Below, piece by piece: positions 8,086 to 11,653 of a stretch of DNA of 11,653 nt. A program made the position numbers and the translations under genes. Under the pieces are notes generated by a model that worked only from the letters and a program-made list of their open reading frames with translations, had not been told where the DNA came from and searched no databases. Each line of letters opens with the position of its first letter. Position 1 is the first letter of the stretch. Origin of the DNA: Candidatus Hadarchaeota archaeon (GTDB lineage: Archaea; Hadarchaeota; Hadarchaeia; Hadarchaeales; Hadarchaeaceae); the NCBI GenBank assembly GCA_040755315.1, contig JBFMBF010000032.1:1-11653 (forward strand), in the 5' to 3' direction.

Positions 8086-9051
8086 TTATTTTGATAACTT
8101 CTTTCCGCAGCTGGGGCAGAACTTTGTCTCGGCAGGAACCGCCTCGCCGCATTTGGGGCACTTTATGGTCTTGGGCTTGGTGGCAATCTTCCCTCCGCAC
8201 TCTGGGCAGAACTTGGAGTTTGACGGAACCTGCGCGCCGCAGTTGGGGCAGATGACAAGAGGGGCTGCCGCGGCTCCCCCGGCAGGCTGCTGCATCATCT
8301 GGGGGATCAAAACCATCCCGGCCCCGAGCCCGGCACCCGACGACTTCCCGAGCTCCTTCGCCGACTCTTTCATTGTCTCCATCCTGAGCACCTCAGAAGG
8401 CGCGGCTCTGCCGGATTGCATCCAGAACAGCCTCTCCCGGTATTGCGGCTCGGTGTCGATGCCTTCAAACTTGAGGTCTATGAGTTCAATCCCGAGCCTC
8501 TTGAACGCGTCCAATATGTGGGCCTTTACAGTCGCCGATGTTTCATCAAGTTTAGTGAAGACTGTGGCCAAGTCGTATTGGGAAAGCTCGTCAATCATCT
8601 TCTCATTGACAAATCCTCTCAGGAACTCGTTGACGTCGACGGTGTGGAAAGCTCCCTGTCCTCCCACGACCTCGGTCACGAAGAGTTGCGGGCTCTCTAT
8701 CTTGAACCAGAAGCCGCCGTGTGCCATAAGCGGAGCGAGCTCGGTCGTCTGGGCTCTCATCCCGTACTTCCCGTCAAACTGCTTGGTTGAGACAAATATG
8801 ACCATGCACTTGAACGGCGTGTCTTTGTAACCCGCCAACCGGGTCAAAAGTTTTCCGATGAGTGGCAAGTTTCTCGTCGTCAGGGTGTGCCTCCCGGGCC
8901 CGAGGACATCGTAAGCTTTGCCGTCCCTGAAGAAGACTGCCGCCTCCATCTCCTTGACTATCAGCTGGGCGCCCCAAGTTATATTTTCGTTTGGATACTT
9001 CCAGACGATTTTGCCAGGCTCGTGAGTCTCCCACTCTATAACCTGCGGCAT
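8086..9051 (-). CDS. SPFH/Band-7 domain protein (YdjI-like) with C-terminal double zinc ribbon
   Basis: IEW...IVWKYP...I.WGAQLIV.E.EAAVFFRDGK..DVLGPGRHTL.T.NLP.I is the typical YdjI-like SPFH N-terminus. Followed by a GAGLGAGM linker and four CxxC pairs (CPNC, CPEC, CPKC, CPSC). Confidence 0.9.
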   Translation of the reverse strand: MPQVIEWETHEPGKIVWKYPNENITWGAQLIVKEMEAAVFFRDGKAYDVLGPGRHTLTTRNLPLIGKLLTRLAGYKDTPFKCMVIFVSTKQFDGKYGMRAQTTELAPLMAHGGFWFKIESPQLFVTEVVGGQGAFHTVDVNEFLRGFVNEKMIDELSQYDLATVFTKLDETSATVKAHILDAFKRLGIELIDLKFEGIDTEPQYRERLFWMQSGRAAPSEVLRMETMKESAKELGKSSGAGLGAGMVLIPQMMQQPAGGAAAAPLVICPNCGAQVPSNSKFCPECGGKIATKPKTIKCPKCGEAVPAETKFCPSCGKKLSK

Positions 9052-9584
9052 CAGATCTCAACTCCCATGATGACTTCTTTCCTCTCGTTGAAGTTGCTTT
9101 CCAGACCGTCGATCATGACTCGGAGTTCGCTGATATGGTCGCCGGCGCTTTCAAAGTTTTCTCCAAGGGCCTCTTTCTTGAACTGCTTCACTTTCGCCTC
9201 TATCTCCTTGGCGCTTTCGACCATCTTCATGTCAAAGTCAATCATCCTTTCCAGGTCGTCCTCCTCAATCTTCACGGCGTTGAAAAATCCGGCGTACCCG
9301 TAAGGCGCGTGGTTTATCAGCTCCGCGACCCTGTCGAACTTCGCGATGACCCTGTCGAGCTCGCCCATAGGGCCGGTGATCTTGTTGATCGCCAGGCGCT
9401 GGAAGATTTCCCTGAGGCTTGACTTTGCATCCGCCAGCCTCCGGTGGATGTTGTCCCTTATGAGCCTGTCAGCCTCCCGCCTCATCTCCTTCAGCTTGTA
9501 GCCCCTGAAGCCCGGGATGGCGAGCGAAATTTTCTCAAGTAGGGCCTTTTCGCTCTCGACTTTTTTCAGAGTTTTTTCAGTCAT
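9051..9584 (-). CDS. Conserved all-helical hypothetical protein
   Basis: LLEKI...IPGFRGY..KE.RREAD.L.R and A.YGYAGFF.AVKI.E..L......D motifs; amphipathic helices. Its stop overlaps the SPFH start (TGATG). Confidence 0.85.
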   Translation of the reverse strand: MTEKTLKKVESEKALLEKISLAIPGFRGYKLKEMRREADRLIRDNIHRRLADAKSSLREIFQRLAINKITGPMGELDRVIAKFDRVAELINHAPYGYAGFFNAVKIEEDDLERMIDFDMKMVESAKEIEAKVKQFKKEALGENFESAGDHISELRVMIDGLESNFNERKEVIMGVEI

Positions 9585-9585
9585 T

Positions 9586-10158
9586 TTATCTCCCTAGTTT
9601 TGCTCCGCAGTTGGAACACCTTTGAGATTCAACCGGTATAAGGGCACCGCAATACTTGCAGGGCACCTTAATCACCTCTTTGACCACGACCTGACCGGAG
9701 GGTGGAGCCGCTGGACCATATGGGGTGAAGGCAACGCTGACATTTGTTTCCTGAGTCTTGTCCGGCCGCCCCTTGACAGCGACCACTCCTTTTACTTTTC
9801 TCGATATTACGCCATTTGGCATTGATGGCCTCACGGGGGGGATGTTGAAGCTGAAGGGGAACGACTCCTTCATGCCTTTTGTTACATCGAACGGCCCGGA
9901 CACCCTGACGTTTTCGGAATGCAAATTCTTGACATGGGTTTCCATTGTTTGGTAAGTGCGTCCTCCAGAATGGCGCCACCCTGGGGCCTGATATGTTTCT
10001 GTCACCCGGACCTCCAGCCTGATTTCGTCGGCGCGAACATTTTCATCTGAATCCAAAAACACGTTTCCGGTGACCTGCTCACCCTCCGCAAATGTAGCTT
10101 TATCAAACTGGATTGACACTTTGGCATTTATCGGGTTCAGCCTGTCGAATAACCCCAA
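9586..10158 (-). CDS. Arrestin-N/SpoOM-like beta-sandwich protein with C-terminal zinc ribbon
   Basis: VSIQFDKATFAEGEQVTGNVFL...EIRLEVRVTE...SFPFSFNIP...PS...ISRKVKGVVAVKGRPD matches the arrestin-N/SpoOM strand pattern. Ends in VIKVPCKYC-x9-CSNC. TTG start with SD AGGTGA. Confidence 0.75.
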   Translation of the reverse strand: MGLFDRLNPINAKVSIQFDKATFAEGEQVTGNVFLDSDENVRADEIRLEVRVTETYQAPGWRHSGGRTYQTMETHVKNLHSENVRVSGPFDVTKGMKESFPFSFNIPPVRPSMPNGVISRKVKGVVAVKGRPDKTQETNVSVAFTPYGPAAPPSGQVVVKEVIKVPCKYCGALIPVESQRCSNCGAKLGR

Positions 10159-10188
10159 CCTCTCACCTATTCTCCACGAGCGGCTGGA

Positions 10189-10196
10189 TTTAAAAA
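10189..10196. promoter_or_regulatory. TATA box TTTAAAAA of a probable divergent promoter (SPFH operon / membrane gene)
   Basis: Single TTTAAA core in a 57-bp gap, about 20-35 nt from both starts. Confidence 0.5.
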
Positions 10197-10215
10197 CTTT
10201 CGTGTTGTTTATTGT

Positions 10216-10575
10216 GTGAGCATGACAGGAAAAAGACCAATAGGAGTAATCTCATTCGGGATTTTCCTCGCGACATGCGGGGTAGCGGGGGTGGCCTACG
10301 CCGCTGGCTACATAGTAATGTGGGAAACCCTGCCGCTTGTTGCAGCTCTCAACGGAGCCTGGTTCCTGGTTTTGGCCGCGATAAAGAGTTCGAGCCCAGC
10401 AAAATATGAGATGGAAGCTTTCGCCACCGGCGTCTGGGGGGCGATGATACTTGGCGGCGGGCTTGCGTGGTTCCTCTACATTCGGATTTCTGCAATCGCT
10501 GGCGTGTCTTCATTTTTTGTTCTGGTCGGGATTTTGGCGGTCGCCGCTGGAGTGCGGGCTTGGAAGGACCATTGA
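10216..10575 (+). CDS. Hypothetical 4-TM membrane protein
   Basis: Four hydrophobic helices. Start is GTG 10216 or ATG 10222. Ends 23 nt before the 3' end of tRNA-Pro. Confidence 0.8.
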   Translation: MSMTGKRPIGVISFGIFLATCGVAGVAYAAGYIVMWETLPLVAALNGAWFLVLAAIKSSSPAKYEMEAFATGVWGAMILGGGLAWFLYIRISAIAGVSSFFVLVGILAVAAGVRAWKDH

Positions 10576-10598
10576 GAAACCAGCGCGGCTAAAATTAG

Positions 10599-10716
10599 TG
10601 GTGGGGTCGCCGAGATTTGAACTCGGGTCACCGGCTTTTTTGCGTTGGCCTACGTCCCATTCGGCAGATCAAGAGATCTTAAGCCGGCAGGATAGGCCAT
10701 GCTACCCCACGACCCC
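10599..10716 (-). tRNA. tRNA-Pro(TGG) with two BHB introns: 21 nt at 33/34 (10660..10680) and 19 nt at 37/38 (10637..10655); CCA encoded
   Basis: Acceptor GGGGTCG/CGACCCC-A-CCA, Pro-type D arm GGGTAGCATGGCCTATCCT, T arm CCGAG-TTCAAAT-CTCGG. Removing both inserts gives the anticodon arm CCGGC-TT TGG GA-GCCGG. Confidence 0.93.
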
Positions 10717-11492
10717 GTGTTATATGTTTCGATGGCTTCTTTAAGGCAATTGCTTTTTTCTGTTATCACGTCGCGTATTCCAAACAATATCGCGTTTTTT
10801 TCAAATCCACAGTAACTACGGGATTTGTACGCTTTGACGCTGTCAATGAACCCACCAAAATTCGCAAATTTTAACATGTTTGGTCTTCGGTCAGTATTTA
10901 TCCCATGAATGCCTGACCAAGTATTTTTGTCTTTAGTCAAGTTCATCAATATTCCTAGCTCTTTTGCCAACAGCTTCCACTCATTTGCTAGAGTTGGGTG
11001 GGCACAGCCCAGTCTTAATCTAAATTTTTGGCCGTCGTTGATAATTGAAACATTTCCATCGGCACTCATTGCAAGCCTAAAAGCCAACACTTTTACTTTC
11101 AACGATTCTTTGAAAATGAACTGTAAAGTTGGGTTGGTAGTAACTGTAAATTTGTCATCATTGTTTCGTTGCGGGCCTGTTTTAAAAGAGGGGGTCAGCG
11201 AAAAAGAGTGTTCATACATTCGGATTTCAATCCGCGTTCAAATACTGTTCGGTAAGATCTATTGTGAATTTGTAAATAACCAGACGGTTTTCCTAAGTCC
11301 ATTCATAATCAAAAATCTGAAAATCTGATGTAAAGCGACGTCTTTTCCGTAGTATACCAACCAATGTGCTTTTCTGTTTCTTCTTTTCATGACGCATCCG
11401 TCTGTCAAAAGCATTACGGCAGCCAATTTACAACATTCACTAAGCGTCAATTCTTTCATCTGTTCGTAAATCTCCAATTTCCTCGCCCCCAT
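10650..11492 (-). pseudogene. Two-motif LAGLIDADG-like homing-endonuclease-fold gene, interrupted by two compensating frameshifts (real decay or assembly errors)
   Basis: ORFs 11259..11492 and 10650..11219 share a frame and carry the LAGLIDADG-like helices LAAVMLLTDGCV and LAFRLAMSADGNVSI. The two stops between them (TAG 11259-61, TGA 11238-40) are bridged by an open alternative frame at 11195..11302. Two sampled 60-mers are 35-37% GC. Confidence 0.7.
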
Positions 11493-11600
11493 TAATTTTC
11501 ACATTGCAAGATAAACAATTTGTGGGGAGAGGTCGGCGAAAGTAATATTTAAACGTTTTAACAAGCCTGACAATATTATATTGTTTTCAAAGGCGATATC

Positions 11601-11653
11601 ATGAAAAAACAGAACTGGCCCGTCCTCATCTCGCTGTTCTACCCGCTGGTGCT
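11601..11653 (+). CDS. 5' fragment of a probable membrane or secreted protein (MKKQNWPVLISLFYPLV...)
   Basis: ATG at 11601, open to the window end. TTATAT lies about 20-25 nt upstream, and composition returns to GC-rich after the first codons. Confidence 0.55.
   Translation, partial: MKKQNWPVLISLFYPLV

Noticed and set aside
8066..8830. Long antisense or alternate-frame ORFs (e.g. 8066..8830, 2840..3523, 6017..6583, 7713..8255, 10909..11328)
   Set aside because: They are shadows of better-supported genes on the opposite strand, with no recognisable motifs.
10637..10682. Reading the tRNA as Pro(GGG) with a 32/33 intron, or as Leu(TAA) with one long intron
   Set aside because: BHB geometry (CGGC/GCCG, then UUUG/CAAA) fits only cuts at 33/34 and 37/38. 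The GGG reading would give A37 instead of G37, and the body lacks the long variable arm of tRNA-Leu.
11259..11261. In-frame TAG as pyrrolysine or stop-codon readthrough in the LAGLIDADG-like gene
   Set aside because: A second in-frame stop (TGA 11238-11240) follows, and the alternative frame gives a more plausible bridge, so frameshifts explain it better.
10650..11492. Intein or rRNA-intron host for the LAGLIDADG domain
   Set aside because: No Hint splicing motifs (N-terminal Cys/Ser block, C-terminal His-Asn), no flanking extein and no rRNA sequence are visible.

Overview
Archaeal chromosomal window, judged from Hel308, archaeal-type Elp3, BHB-intron tRNAs, TATA promoters and GAGGTG-type SD sites with TTG/GTG starts. 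A Hadarchaeia-like lineage is only a guess. Order: tRNA-Arg(CCG), YjjX-type ITP/XTPase, an internally duplicated membrane protein, intron-containing tRNA-Arg(TCG), a membrane-anchored 7-repeat beta-propeller, hel308 divergent from elp3, two small membrane proteins, a four-gene minus-strand operon (arrestin/SpoOM-like + Zn-ribbon, conserved helical protein, SPFH/Band-7 + two zinc-ribbon units, TM-wHTH-Zn-ribbon), and another membrane protein. The strongest signal is at the right end: a tRNA-Pro(TGG) with two BHB introns around a 4-nt micro-exon that holds the whole anticodon, where the second BHB can form only after the first intron is removed. It is overlapped by an AT-rich, doubly frameshifted, two-motif LAGLIDADG-like gene on the same strand. 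All calls are by eye and no database searches were run.
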